Part shown: in pieces, positions 49,498-60,794 of the stretch
Layout of the letters: every line of letters begins with the position of its first letter
Numbering within the stretch: position 1 is the first letter of the stretch
Assembly (NCBI GenBank): GCA_016714125.1
Contig: JADJNX010000006.1
Coordinates: 111,681-175,680 of the forward strand
Reading direction: 5' to 3'
DNA length: 64,000 nt
Source of the DNA: Ignavibacteriales bacterium
Lineage (GTDB): Bacteria > Bacteroidota > Ignavibacteria > Ignavibacteriales > Ignavibacteriaceae
Position numbers and translations under genes: made by a program
The notes under the pieces: model-generated
The model's input: only the letters and a program-made list of their open reading frames with translations
Databases searched by the model: none
What the model was told of the DNA's origin: nothing

Positions 49498-50421
49498 ATG
49501 AAAGATTCACTTCAATACCCAATTAATGTGGTTTCAAAACTCACCGGTCTCTCTTCACATCTAATTAGAGCGTGGGAGAAAAGATATAATGCTGTTGAGC
49601 CTTCAAGGACTGACACAAACAGACGGGTTTATTCCGACGAGGCAGTTGAGAAGTTAAAACTGTTAAAACTTCTAACCTCAAAAGGGTATTCCATCGGGAA
49701 TATTGCCTCGCTCACAGGGTCAAAACTGAAAGAAATGTTGGGTCATCCTGAACTGATGACTCATCTGCCTGATGTTCAGCCTCGTCATGAAGGAGATATT
49801 ATCACCCGATGTATTAAGATCATCGAAGAGTATGATTCACAACGCCTTGAGAGTGAACTGATTAAAGCTTCTCTCCAATTTACCCCCATTGAACTTTTTG
49901 ACAAGGTTATCACTCCTTTGATGCATAAAACAGGTGATCTTTGGCGAGTTGGAAAGTTGAGACCGGCACATGAACACCTCGCACTTGAGACCATTAAAAG
50001 ATTTATGCGCGGGATTCAGGCGGGGTTTTCGATACATGCATCAGCTCCCATTATGGTAATCTGTTCCCCTGTGAACCAGTTGCACGATCTCGGAGCTTAT
50101 ATGAGTTCATTTGCGGCAGTTTCTGAGGGGTGGAGAACTGTTTTTCTTGGTTCCAATCTCCCTGCAGAAGATATTGCTGCTGCATCCCTTAGAGTGAATG
50201 CAAAAGCAATTGCTTTGAGTATTGTTTATCCAGATGATGATCCCATTCTTTCATCTGATATCCAAAAGATGGGAATACTTGTCCCAAAGAATATCAGATT
50301 AATTTTTGGCGGGCAGTCAGTTTATGGTTATAAAAAGGAAATTGATGGAATTAATGGAATAATTGCAGGAAACATGACTGCACTGCGGAATGTAATGCAC
50401 TCTATAAGGAAGAAGAAATAG
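49498..50421 (+). CDS. MerR-family, cobalamin-binding light-responsive regulator (CarH/LitR type)
   Basis: MerR HTH (YPINVVSKLTGLSSHLIRAWEKRY). Exact W-x9-EH motif (WRVGKLRPAHEH). B12-binding His loop (VNQLHDLGAYM). Confidence 0.8.
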   Translation: MKDSLQYPINVVSKLTGLSSHLIRAWEKRYNAVEPSRTDTNRRVYSDEAVEKLKLLKLLTSKGYSIGNIASLTGSKLKEMLGHPELMTHLPDVQPRHEGDIITRCIKIIEEYDSQRLESELIKASLQFTPIELFDKVITPLMHKTGDLWRVGKLRPAHEHLALETIKRFMRGIQAGFSIHASAPIMVICSPVNQLHDLGAYMSSFAAVSEGWRTVFLGSNLPAEDIAAASLRVNAKAIALSIVYPDDDPILSSDIQKMGILVPKNIRLIFGGQSVYGYKKEIDGINGIIAGNMTALRNVMHSIRKKK

Positions 50422-50442
50422 CCTAAACCACCGAATAAGGGT

Positions 50443-52897
50443 TCATATCAAAATAATTCTTACATCTTTGTGTTTTCCTTTTTGGCGGAAAACTCTGTAG
50501 GCGTGGGCGATGGTGTCTCTAAGGATTGAGGCTGAGGGGTCAATTGATCGAGAGGTTTTGATTAACATCTGAAAACGAAACTCGTTTTTTATTTTTGCGA
50601 GAAGTGCTGCTGATGGGGGTAGAATTGAGACTGCACGATTGTAGTTAAACATCTCTTTATAAAGATCGATCAGAGTTTCACTGGCTTTGCGGGGGTCTTT
50701 ATCCTTGGTTTCGGCAAGGCAGAGATTAGCAAAAGGTGGATAATTTCTGAATTCCCTGCTTTGAACATCTCGCGCAAAAAATCCATGATAGTCGTTATTC
50801 ATTATGAATTTCATCAGTGGATGTCCACTGTCGCACGTCTGGATCATTACTTCACCCGGGAGGATACTTCTTCCGGCTCTTCCACTCACTTGCGTGAGCA
50901 TCTGAAATGTTCTTTCCTCCGCTCTGAAGTCGGGCATCCAAAGACTTGATTCAGCAGAAATTACACCCACAAGAGTTACGCGAGGGAAATCGAGTCCCTT
51001 TGAGACCATTTGTGTCCCTACCAAAATATCAATCTCTCCATCCCTGAACTTATTTAGCGTTTCGCCGAGTTTCCCTTTTTCGGAGATGGTGTCCGAATCA
51101 ATTCTTTCGATTATTGCTGAAGGAAAATAAGCTTGAAGTTCATCTTCAACCCTCTCGGTTCCCGTGCCAAAAAGTTTGATGTTTTTTGATCCACACATAC
51201 TGCATGCTTTAGGCATCGGCTTTATTGCATTACAATAGTGGCACTTCAGATTGTTGCTTTTAATGTGATATACCATTCCGACCGAACAATTTTCACATTT
51301 TTCGAGGTGCGCACATTCAACACAATAAACCTGTGTTGCAAATCCGCGACGGTTTTGAAGAAGGATTACACCTTCGTTTTTTTTGATTCTTTCGTCGATT
51401 GCAGAAAGGAGCATTTTTGAAAAAACATTCTCCATCTCCCCTTTCTTTTTCATCTCGGTTGTATTTACGAGAACAAGTTTTGGAAGTTTTGCTCCATCCA
51501 CCCTTTCGGGAAGTTCGAGCAGAGTATATTTTCCATTGTTTGTATTGTGCATTGACTCGATGGAGGGGGTTGCGGAGCCCAGGACAACAGGGCAGTTACA
51601 CTCCTTCGCCAGTACAATTGCGGCATCCCTTGCATGATATTTGGGAGGGTATTCAGCTTGTTTATAGCTTGAATCATGCTCTTCATCAACAATTATCAAT
51701 CCGATATTCTTCATGGGTGAAAAAGAGTGCAGATCTTGCGCCTGTTACAACTTTACAGGCTCCGGAAGCGATCCGCATCCATGCATCATGTCTTTCACCG
51801 GGTGACACCCTGCTGTGGATAACTGCCACCTTGTCACCAAAATTCACTGTTAAGCGGGCGGTCATCTGAGGAGTGAGGGAGATTTCAGGCACCAGCAAAA
51901 GGCAGTTTTCATTTTGTTACAACGCCTTTTTTATAAGCTCAATGTAAACCTGAGTTTTACCACTTCCCGTAACACCATGCAGTAAAAATGTCTTAAAACT
52001 TTTGGTGGTGATGTGTTCGGAAACCGTTTCAATTACATTTTCCTGATCTTTGGTAAGTTTAATGTCCTTAAGAGTTTCGGTATAAGTTTCGTGATAAACC
52101 CTTTCAACAACCTTTTCATAAAACTCAACAAGACCTTTTTCAGCAAGGGAATTAAGAGCCGAAGATGAGATGTTTGCCAGCTTCAGCAGTTTTGCCGTTG
52201 GTGCCTCTTTTGTGCGAAATGAGGCAAGTTTGAGAAGCAGCGCCACCTGTTTTGGCGACCGTTTTTCGATCTCTGGAATGATGGCATAAATCTCTTCAAG
52301 GGGGAGAGCAAGTTTCACAAATCGTTCAGTTTTTGTTCTAACCCGCGGTTTTGCAAGTCCATCCTCAATTGTTAAAATCCCCTCCTGTTCCATTTTTTTA
52401 AGTGGAACGAGGATAGATTTTACACCTGTCAGATTTTGCAATTGTTTTACGGTGTATTTATCCTTTTTGAGGAGGAGTTCCATCACTTTATAGCGACTTG
52501 TGTTCCTGTTTTTTTCATTTTCAATGAATTTGGAGATTGTTTCCTTATCGGAATATACCTGTTTTTCCGATTGGATTGAAGTGCCGTAAGGGTCGGTAAG
52601 TTTAACAGCTTCGCCAAGTGAACTGAGGTAATAGGATGAAAGCCATTGAAAAAACTTCAGTTTCTTTTTATCAAAAACGGGGTGTTTGTCGAGGATTCTG
52701 ACGATTTTTTTGATTTTATCAAGTTCAGTTTCTGGTGGGGTGTTGCTGATAGAGACAATAAATCCGGTCAGGGTTCTTTGTCCAAAGGGTGCCACTACCC
52801 GTTTCCCGATTTCCACCTCCTCATACAAGTCCATCGGGACTGAGTAAGAAAAGAGGGAATCAACGGGAAGCGGGAAAGCGACTTCTATAAATTTCAT
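50443..52897 (-). CDS. priA: Primosomal protein N' (PriA helicase), interrupted by an in-frame TAA (51917-51919) and a frame break near 51705
   Basis: Walker A GVTGSGKT, LVPEISLTPQ, IIVDEEHDSSYKQ and a Cys-rich zinc region. Three ORF pieces: 51917-52897, 51686-51898 and 50443-51714. Confidence 0.85.
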
Positions 52898-52922
52898 TGA
52901 GTCATTTATGAGTGAAAATCAC

Positions 52923-53474
52923 TCATTGTTTCATTTTTTTCTCAAAGAAGGGGACAAGGTCTTTTTTGCTTTGTGGTTTTTTGCTGATCATTTCAAAGAT
53001 CAGTTTTTTTTCATCTTTTGGCCAAATAATTCTTGTATAATCCGGTTTTTTAATCAGGGTGCCGTTGGTAAAACCCACGGAATCTTTGTTCATGCTGGTG
53101 TAATAATAATATTCACCGTCAAACTGGATCGATTCAACATTTCTGATCGAAGTGAAGGAAAAATTAACCGAGCCGGACAGTTTTTTGTTAACTACATCCA
53201 ATTCGGTACCAATAACTTTTCTACCAAATTCAGCCATGTAACCAAGGAACTCATCTTTTTGAAAATAGATGTCCCAAAGGATAGTGGTATCCTGCTCAAG
53301 TTCTTTATTTCCGGGGGCATCGGAATAGATTCCTTCAGCAAAAAGTGTGGCAACGCCGGAAGTGTCGGAGTTTTTATTAATCGTTATCTCATATCTCATT
53401 TTTTCAACGAGCAGGCAGCCCTGAGCGGTGATTAGCAGAAGGATTATTGAGGGGATCAAAAGAAATTTTTTCAT
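52923..53474 (-). CDS. Hypothetical lipoprotein
   Basis: Signal peptide with lipobox LLITAQGC. No family recognised. Confidence 0.55.
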   Translation of the reverse strand: MKKFLLIPSIILLLITAQGCLLVEKMRYEITINKNSDTSGVATLFAEGIYSDAPGNKELEQDTTILWDIYFQKDEFLGYMAEFGRKVIGTELDVVNKKLSGSVNFSFTSIRNVESIQFDGEYYYYTSMNKDSVGFTNGTLIKKPDYTRIIWPKDEKKLIFEMISKKPQSKKDLVPFFEKKMKQ

Positions 53475-53531
53475 TTTTTACCGGTTTTATTGTCAATTTT
53501 CTTGAATATTATCTTTACAATTTAAACAAAT

Positions 53532-54816
53532 TCAGGGTATAGCAGTCAAGTCATCAATTACCCTCTCATCATAGAGCAGATAATCGTAAGTTTCGCGGCT
53601 TCGGGTTACATGCCATGTGTCACCATCCACGATGATTTCGGGTGGCTTTCTTCTGACATTATAATTTGAAGACATCACGGATGCGTAAGCACCGGCGGAC
53701 ATTAATGCCAAAAGATCATCGGGTTTCGCTTTTTGGAGTTCTCTTCCTTTTGCAAGATAGTCACTCGATTCGCAGACGGGACCCACAACATCATAAGATA
53801 TTCTCTCGCGGGAATCATCCTTTTCAACAGGGAGAATGTCATGGAAACTCTGATAGAGAATAGGTCTTAAAATTTCTGTCATCGATGAATCGAGGATCAC
53901 AATATTTTTGCTGCCACTTTCTTTTGTATAAAGCACCTTGCTGACGATTGCTCCGCAGTTGGCAGTCAAAAATCTTCCGGGTTCAAAAAAGATGTCACAC
54001 CCAAAATCGTTCATCAAGGGGAGCTTCTTTTACCAAACTCTTGAATATGAAACCGGGTCGCCTCCGTGGTAAGGGGGAGCCAAAACCACCACCAAGGTCG
54101 ATATGTTTAAGTTTGATCCCGTGTTCTTCCAGTCTTTGTACAAAAGTATGTAGTTTATTTAGTGTTACAAAATAGGGATCAAATGAGAGAATTTGAGAAC
54201 CGAGATGCACATCTATACCGGTAAATTCAATATTTGGGTACTTATCTCTGTGGAGATAAATGTCCATTGCGGGTGCGGGATCCATGCCAAATTTTACACC
54301 ACTTTTCGCTGTTGATATGTTGGGGTGAGTTTGAACCACAATATCGGGATTAACTCTAAGAGCCACAGGAGCAATTTTCCCAAGCTCTCCTGCAATTCTA
54401 TTAATCTGCTCAACTTCCTCTTTTGATTCAGCTTTAATCATCAACATGTCGTTTTCAACTGCCATTGTGATTTCGTCGAGGGTTTTACCAACTCCCGTCA
54501 TTATCATCCGACTTGGATGAGCCCCGGCTCTTATTGCTCGGGTAAACTCTCCACCCGAATTTACATCGAGACCAAACCCCATGTTGTAAATTATTCTGAT
54601 TACATTCAGGTTTGAATTCGATTTTACAGCAAAAAATACTTTATGATTCACTTCGCTAAAGGCGTCGGTAAATTCTTTGCATCTTTTTATAATCGAAGCT
54701 TTGCTGTAAATGTAGGCGGGGGAGCCTTCTGCTAAAATAATTTCTTCTACAGGGACGTTTTCACAAAATAGTTTGTTATTTTGGTAGTGCCAAAAGTTAT
54801 CTTCAAAGTGCAGCAT
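53532..54816 (-). CDS. lysA: Diaminopimelate decarboxylase, frame broken near 54015
   Basis: Motifs FAVKSN, DLGGGFG, EPGRFL and GAYASVMSSNYN are split over ORFs 53995-54816 and 53532-54017. Confidence 0.85.
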
Positions 54817-54897
54817 TATGGGGAATTTTATGTAAGTAAAAACGAAATTTACTCAAAAAGTTAAGACGACGGAATTACACAGTTCCGGGAGACTCAA

Positions 54898-56259
54898 ATG
54901 TATAAACAGATTGTTGTTGATGATAGACGAATCAGACTGCTTCAGAGTGGAGCAAACAAGAAGGGTGTGGTGGTTTATTGGATGAGTCGGGACCAGCGGG
55001 CTGAGGATAACTGGGCATTGTTATATGCACTTCAAATTGCCGACAAAAGGCAACTTCCACTTATGGTCGTTTTTACTTTGCTGCCCGAATTTATGGAGGC
55101 TACCGAAAGACAATACAATTTTATGTTAAAGGGGCTTGCAGAAACCGAGAGGAGACTCCGTGGTTATCAAATCCCATTTAAGGTGCTTTTAGGTGAGCCA
55201 AAAGATGTTTTGCCGGCATTCCTCAAGGAATCAGGCGCTTCAACACTTGTTTCAGATTTTGATCCTTTGAAGATTAAACGAATCTGGAAGAGGGATGTTG
55301 CAAAAAACATCACAATTCCTTTTTATGAAGTGGATGCCCACAATGTTGTCCCTGCACTCCATGTTTCAGATAAGGAAGAATTTGCGGCTTATACCATCAG
55401 ACCAAAAATCGAGAGGCTTCTGCCCGAATTTCTGACTTCATTCCCAAATCTTACTGAGCCGATTGTTAAGGAGAGTATGCGGGAAATGGTTGATTGGACA
55501 GCGGTGGCTCAAAGTCTGCAAATCGACACTACTGTGAAAGAAACAACCCAATTTACTCCGGGGTCAAAGGCGGCCGATTTTAAACTTCAGGAATTCCTGA
55601 TCAAAAAAATCGACAAATACAACGAAAAGAGAAATGATCCCACCGAAGAGTATCAGTCGGACATCTCACCCTATTTACACTTTGGACAAATTGCACCACA
55701 GCGGGCAGCTTTTGAGGCTTTCACAAGAATTAAAAACAGCGAGGCAAAAGATGCATTTCTGGAGGAATTGATTGTCAGGAGGGAGTTATCTGATAATTTC
55801 TGCTATTTTAATCCAAAATATGATTCTTTTGAAGGGCTGAAAGATTGGGGTAAAAAGACTTTAAACGAACACCGCAATGATGAAAGAGAGTTTGTTTATT
55901 CTCTCGAAGAGTTTGAAAAAGCAAAAACCCACGAAGATTTGTGGAATGCTGCCCAAATGGAGATGGTAAAATCGGGGAAAATGCACGGTTATATGAGAAT
56001 GTATTGGGCAAAAAAGATTCTTGAATGGAGTGGAAGTCCCGAAGAAGCGATGAATATCTCAATATACCTGAACGACAAATACTCTTTGGACGGAAGAGAC
56101 CCAAATGGCTACACCGGAATAGCATGGTCAATTGGTGGTATTCACGACCGGGCCTGGACAGAACGTCCTGTGTATGGGAAAATCAGATATATGAATTACA
56201 ACGGTTGCAAAAGGAAATTTGACACTGCCCAATACATCGGGAAATGGAGTCAGGGCTGA
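54898..56259 (+). CDS. phr: Class II CPD photolyase
   Basis: VVYWMSRDQRAEDNWAL N-terminus and the C-terminal MHGYMRMYWAKKILEW / GIAWSIGG motifs characteristic of class II enzymes. Confidence 0.85.
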   Translation: MYKQIVVDDRRIRLLQSGANKKGVVVYWMSRDQRAEDNWALLYALQIADKRQLPLMVVFTLLPEFMEATERQYNFMLKGLAETERRLRGYQIPFKVLLGEPKDVLPAFLKESGASTLVSDFDPLKIKRIWKRDVAKNITIPFYEVDAHNVVPALHVSDKEEFAAYTIRPKIERLLPEFLTSFPNLTEPIVKESMREMVDWTAVAQSLQIDTTVKETTQFTPGSKAADFKLQEFLIKKIDKYNEKRNDPTEEYQSDISPYLHFGQIAPQRAAFEAFTRIKNSEAKDAFLEELIVRRELSDNFCYFNPKYDSFEGLKDWGKKTLNEHRNDEREFVYSLEEFEKAKTHEDLWNAAQMEMVKSGKMHGYMRMYWAKKILEWSGSPEEAMNISIYLNDKYSLDGRDPNGYTGIAWSIGGIHDRAWTERPVYGKIRYMNYNGCKRKFDTAQYIGKWSQG

Positions 56260-56359
56260 AGGAAAGCGTTCCATGCTTTTTCAAATTCTTTTGTTTCTAT
56301 CAGGATTCCTATTTTCATCTTTTAATCTCCGGTTGATTTTTATAACTATTCAATTAAAG

Positions 56360-57377
56360 TTACTCTTCATCAAGCAGTAAAAAATTGTTGCTTATTGCTT
56401 TAAACGAAAATCGTTTGTCATCGGCTGTGCGAAACACCAATCCCTCGCGATTGGCATCGGGGTTCAATTGTGACTTCCCATTCGCCATCTGCAATATTTC
56501 GTCGATACTTTCAGGCAGACTAAAATCATTAAAAACCACCGGCACCTTCTCGAGACCAAAACTATCCATTATTTCAAAGAAAGACAGCCCTGTCGAAATA
56601 TCGATATGAGTCAATATCAAAAGCATCAAAAAATTTGATTGATTGACCCTTAAATTTGTAAATATTCTTCTGGATTCCTTCCCCAAGCAGTTCACCTTGA
56701 AGGGCGATGTTTCGTCCTAAATTACGCAGTTTATTCTCGATATCGAGCTCTCTGACCACTTTCCAGTAAGTATTTTCCGGATTTTCAACCAGTTCAAGAT
56801 TTCTTGAGCAGATTCCAAACTGTCCATCCTTCAGATAGATAGTAATTGAAGTTCCGTCAACTTTCTCTGTTACATAAAAAAGGGAATGTTTGTAGAGAAT
56901 CAGTTCATCAAGAAGATTTTGCACCCTCTCCTCATCGGTTTTACTAAGAAATCCGGGAAATGGCCCCTTAACTTCACCTGCAAGCTTGGCAGGAATTGGG
57001 GGTTCGTATTTCACAATTTCAAGCAGATCGGTAACATCAGTTCCTGGAATGAGATCGATGCAGTGTGCACCCAGGGCAGTTACAGGGAGAAGGAGTCCCT
57101 GGCTGATTTGACCTCTTAATTTGATCGTTTTAAGACGAAAACCCTCTTTGCCATCTGACATTCTTTTAAATGAGGACTTCCTCAGGAATTCAAATTCAGG
57201 TTTTACGGGGAGTAAAGAATCAACTTCACAGTAAATTGCTGGGTCACCCGGACTAAATTCGTCCTTTTTGATTACTACCTTCCAACCAAGAATTGAAGCA
57301 AGTTCAATTTTGTCTGCTCCGTCAATTGGTTGTACATCAGAAACAATTTGGATCGTAGCTAATTTTCTCATTGTCAT
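56360..57377 (-). CDS. ATP-dependent RNA ligase family protein (DRB0094-like), frame broken near 56600-56690
   Basis: N-terminal OB-like KLATIQIV..IDGADKIE and nucleotidyltransferase motif I (EKVDGTS). The C-terminal piece lies in ORF 56360-56695. Confidence 0.65.
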
Positions 57378-57524
57378 ATTAAAATTTGTGAAAAGTTGAT
57401 AATAATATAAGAAATGAGAATGGGAATCCTGCCTTCCGGAATTTTTCGGTTTTTACATCAATTCATTATTAAGTAAATTTAAAGTCAGATTTTTTTGAAA
57501 TAAACGAAGAGCAAACAACGACTG

Positions 57525-59291
57525 ATGGAATTTAAGTTAAGAACACATAATTGTGGTGAGTTACGGGAGAGCAATATTGGCGAAAAGGTTGTGCTAAACG
57601 GCTGGACAGCAGTGAGAAGAGACCTCGGTGGGGTTATTTTTATTGATCTGCGCGACAGGTTTGGTATCACCCAGGTGGTTTTTGAGCATACTTTTAATGC
57701 AGATTCTCATGAACAGGCAAAAGAGTTAAGATCAGAATTTGTAATTTCCATCGAAGGAACCGTCAGGAAAAGACCTGAAGGTACTGAGAATGATGCCTTG
57801 CCAACAGGGAAAGTGGATATAATGGTTGACAAATTATCGATTCTGAATCGCGCAAAAACTCCTCCCTTCCCAATTGAAGATGAGATTGATGTACATGAAG
57901 AGCTTAGACTAAAATATCGCTACCTTGATCTTCGTCGTCCTTCTATGCAGAAGAATATGCTTCTTCGCCACAGAATGTATCAGGTTGTGAGAAGTTTCTT
58001 CGACACTAACAATTTTGTTGAGATTGAAACACCGATTTTGATGAAATCCACCCCTGAAGGGGCGAGGGATTTCCTTGTACCAAGCAGAATGCATAAAGGG
58101 AAGTTTTATGCTCTGCCACAGTCTCCTCAACAATATAAACAGATATTAATGGTAGCCGGTTACGATCGCTACTTCCAGATTGTAAAATGTTTCAGAGATG
58201 AAGATCTTCGAGCTGACAGACAGTTGGAATTTACCCAGATAGATGTTGAGATGTCGTTCATCAACCAGGATTTTGTTTTTTCAACTTTTGAAAAACTGAT
58301 GAAGGTTCTCTACAAAGAGATTTGGGGAAAAGAGTTGGAAACCCCAATTCCACGCCTCACATTTGAGGAAGCGATGACATGGTATGGCTCTGATAAACCC
58401 GATTTAAGATTTGATCTCAAAATGTCAACTTTAAACGGAGTTTTTGCAAATACCGAATTTAGAGTTTTCAAAGATACAATTGAAACTAAAGGAATTATCA
58501 CCGGACTTGTTGCTCCGGGTTGTGGCGACTATACCAGGAATCAGCTTGATGTGCTTACCGACTTTATCAAAAAACAGGGTGCGGGTGGGCTCATCTGGAT
58601 TCGTGTGAAAGAAGACGGGCTCGAATCTCCAACCATGAAATTTTTCACGGATGAAGAAAAAGTTGCCATGGTGGAAGAACTTGGTGCAAAACCGGGTGAT
58701 TTGATCCTGATCCTGAGTGGTAAAAAATATAAAACCCTCGGATTGATGGGTAACATTCGTCTTGAGATGTCGAGAAGATTAAATCTGGTTACGGAAGAGA
58801 CAGAACCAAAACTTCTTTGGGTTAAAGATTTCCCACTTTTTGAATGGGATGAAGAGACCAACAGATATTACGCTATGCATCATCCCTTCACTTCCCCCAA
58901 CATGGAGGATTTGGCATTGATGGATACCAATCCTGCAGAAGTCAGGGCTCAGGCGTATGATTTGGTTCTTAATGGTAACGAAATTGCCGGCGGAAGTATC
59001 AGAATTCATGATTCATAGTTACAAGCCAAAATGTTTAAAACACTTGGATTCACTGAAGAAGATGCAAAAGAGAAGTTTGGTTTCCTTATGGGAGCTTTTC
59101 AATATGGAGCGCCTCCTCATGGTGGAATCGCTTTCGGTTTTGACAGACTCTGTATGATTTTCTGCGGAGAAAAATCGATCCGTGAAGTAATTGCATTCCC
59201 CAAAACTGCAAATGCCATCTCACTTATGGATGACAATCCATCTCTCGTCTCCGACGAGCAGTTGAAAGAACTGCATCTCAGAATAAGATAA
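57525..59291 (+). CDS. aspS: Aspartate-tRNA ligase, interrupted by an in-frame TAG at 59016-59018
   Basis: Class II motifs ([17 protein letters not shown]; GGSIRIH; [15 protein letters not shown]). ORFs 57525-59018 and 59031-59291 are in the same frame. Confidence 0.9.
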
Positions 59292-59296
59292 AAATT

Positions 59297-59325
59297 AAAC
59301 CCGGCGATGAGCCGGGTTTTTTTTG
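59297..59325 (+). terminator. Rho-independent terminator
   Basis: ACCCGGC-GATGA-GCCGGGT stem followed by a T8 run. Confidence 0.8.
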
Positions 59326-59345
59326 TCTAATTGCTGGTGATTTTT

Positions 59346-59387
59346 AGGGGACGCAGATACACGCAGATTAGGAGGATTTTCGCGGAG
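59346..59387. repeat. Solo module of the interspersed repeat family
   Basis: AGGGGACGCAGATACACGCAGATTAGGAGGATTTTCGCGGAG. Confidence 0.75.
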
Positions 59388-59435
59388 TATTTTGTAATTT
59401 TGTGTGGAAAGTAAAAACATTTATACGGGTGTAAC

Positions 59436-60794
59436 ATGGAAACAATTGGTTTTTTAGTGGTTGGATTGGTTGTGGGATTTATTGTCGGATATCTGATTGC
59501 AAATGCAAAAAAATCCGGTGTTCAGAGTGAGATGGCTGTGCTTACGGAAAAGAGCAAAAGGTCTGAAAATGAGGCAGTTACTCTTAAAGAACAATTGGAC
59601 AAAGAGAGAACAAATTACAATAACCAGCTTCGACAATTGGAATCGGAGAAGGGGAGATTCGAAGAGAGTGCCCGCCGGATACCGTATCTTGAAGACGAGT
59701 TAAAATCTCTCCAAGAGTCATCCAAGAATTTGAAGGCCCAAAATGCTGCTTTAAATGAACGCTACATTGCAGAAAAAGAGAGTCTTGAGCTACGCCTAAA
59801 TGAATTAAAAGAAGCAAAAGAAGCCCTCACCAAAGAATTTGAGAATATCGCCAACAGGATATTTGAAACCAAAAATCAGACTTTCACGGAACAAAGCAAA
59901 TCAAATCTTGAATCCCTCCTGCAACCTTTTAAAGAAAATATTTCTGAATTCAAAGCAAGAGTTGAGAATATCTACACCGAGGAAACCAGGGAACGATCAT
60001 CTTTACGAACCGAATTGAATGCACTTCGGGATCTAAATTTACAGTTGAACGAGGGTGCCAAAAATCTTACCAATGCTCTGAAGGGGGATAAGAAAAAACA
60101 GGGGACATGGGGTGAACTGATACTTGAGCGGATTTTTGAAATCTCAGGATTGACAAAAGGGAGCGAGTACAGAATCCAGGTGTCGGGGATTGGTATAGAG
60201 GGTGCACGATATCAACCAGATGCAATTGTATATCTACCTGATAACAAACAAATAATTGTGGATGCAAAAACTTCACTTGTGGCTTATGAGAGGTATTTTT
60301 CTGCTGAGGAGGAATCCATTAAAAAGATGGCACTCTCTGAACATATTAATGCGATTGAAAAGCATATAAATGACCTGAGTGCAAAAGAATATTACAGAAT
60401 AGAAGGAGTTACTTCTCTCGACTATGTATTGATGTTTATACCAATAGAACCTGCTTTTGACCTCTTGATGCAGGAGTCGCCTGAAACTTACAATAGAGCT
60501 CTCGAAAAAAATATTATCCTTGTTACCCGAACCACGCTCCTCGTGACTTTAAAAACGATCGGAAGTATCTGGAAAACAGAAAAACGGAATCAGAATGCAA
60601 TATTGATTGCCAACAAAGTTCAAGACTTTTTAAAGAAACTGGAACGGTTTGTTGAAAACTTTGAGGAGGTTGGGAAGGCACTCGATAAAGCACAGCGGGT
60701 ATATGGTGACGCCAACAATCAATTACGGGATGGCAGAGGGAATCTGACCTCACGCGGATATGAGATAGCTCAACTTGGCGGCTTTCCAGATTAA
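59436..60794 (+). CDS. rmuC: DNA recombination protein RmuC
   Basis: N-terminal TM anchor, long coiled coil and a C-terminal RmuC nuclease-like domain (PDAIVYLPDNKQIIVDAK). Confidence 0.85.
   Translation: METIGFLVVGLVVGFIVGYLIANAKKSGVQSEMAVLTEKSKRSENEAVTLKEQLDKERTNYNNQLRQLESEKGRFEESARRIPYLEDELKSLQESSKNLKAQNAALNERYIAEKESLELRLNELKEAKEALTKEFENIANRIFETKNQTFTEQSKSNLESLLQPFKENISEFKARVENIYTEETRERSSLRTELNALRDLNLQLNEGAKNLTNALKGDKKKQGTWGELILERIFEISGLTKGSEYRIQVSGIGIEGARYQPDAIVYLPDNKQIIVDAKTSLVAYERYFSAEEESIKKMALSEHINAIEKHINDLSAKEYYRIEGVTSLDYVLMFIPIEPAFDLLMQESPETYNRALEKNIILVTRTTLLVTLKTIGSIWKTEKRNQNAILIANKVQDFLKKLERFVENFEEVGKALDKAQRVYGDANNQLRDGRGNLTSRGYEIAQLGGFPD

Noticed and set aside
52908-53435. 175-aa plus-strand ORF antisense to the lipoprotein gene
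   Set aside because: It is low-complexity and F/K-rich with no signal or motif. The minus-strand ORF has a clean signal peptide with a lipobox and is preferred.
51917-59018. Stop-codon reassignment (TAA/TAG read as sense) to explain the in-frame stops in priA and aspS
   Set aside because: TAG, TAA and TGA all terminate well-supported genes throughout the window at positions matching normal protein lengths. There are only two isolated cases.
5700-59291. Widespread genuine pseudogenisation (reductive evolution)
   Set aside because: The breaks hit essential single-copy genes as often as accessory ones. They are mostly one-nt changes in homopolymers, and the flanking coding sequence is otherwise intact. 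Sequencing or assembly error is more parsimonious, but reads are needed to prove it.
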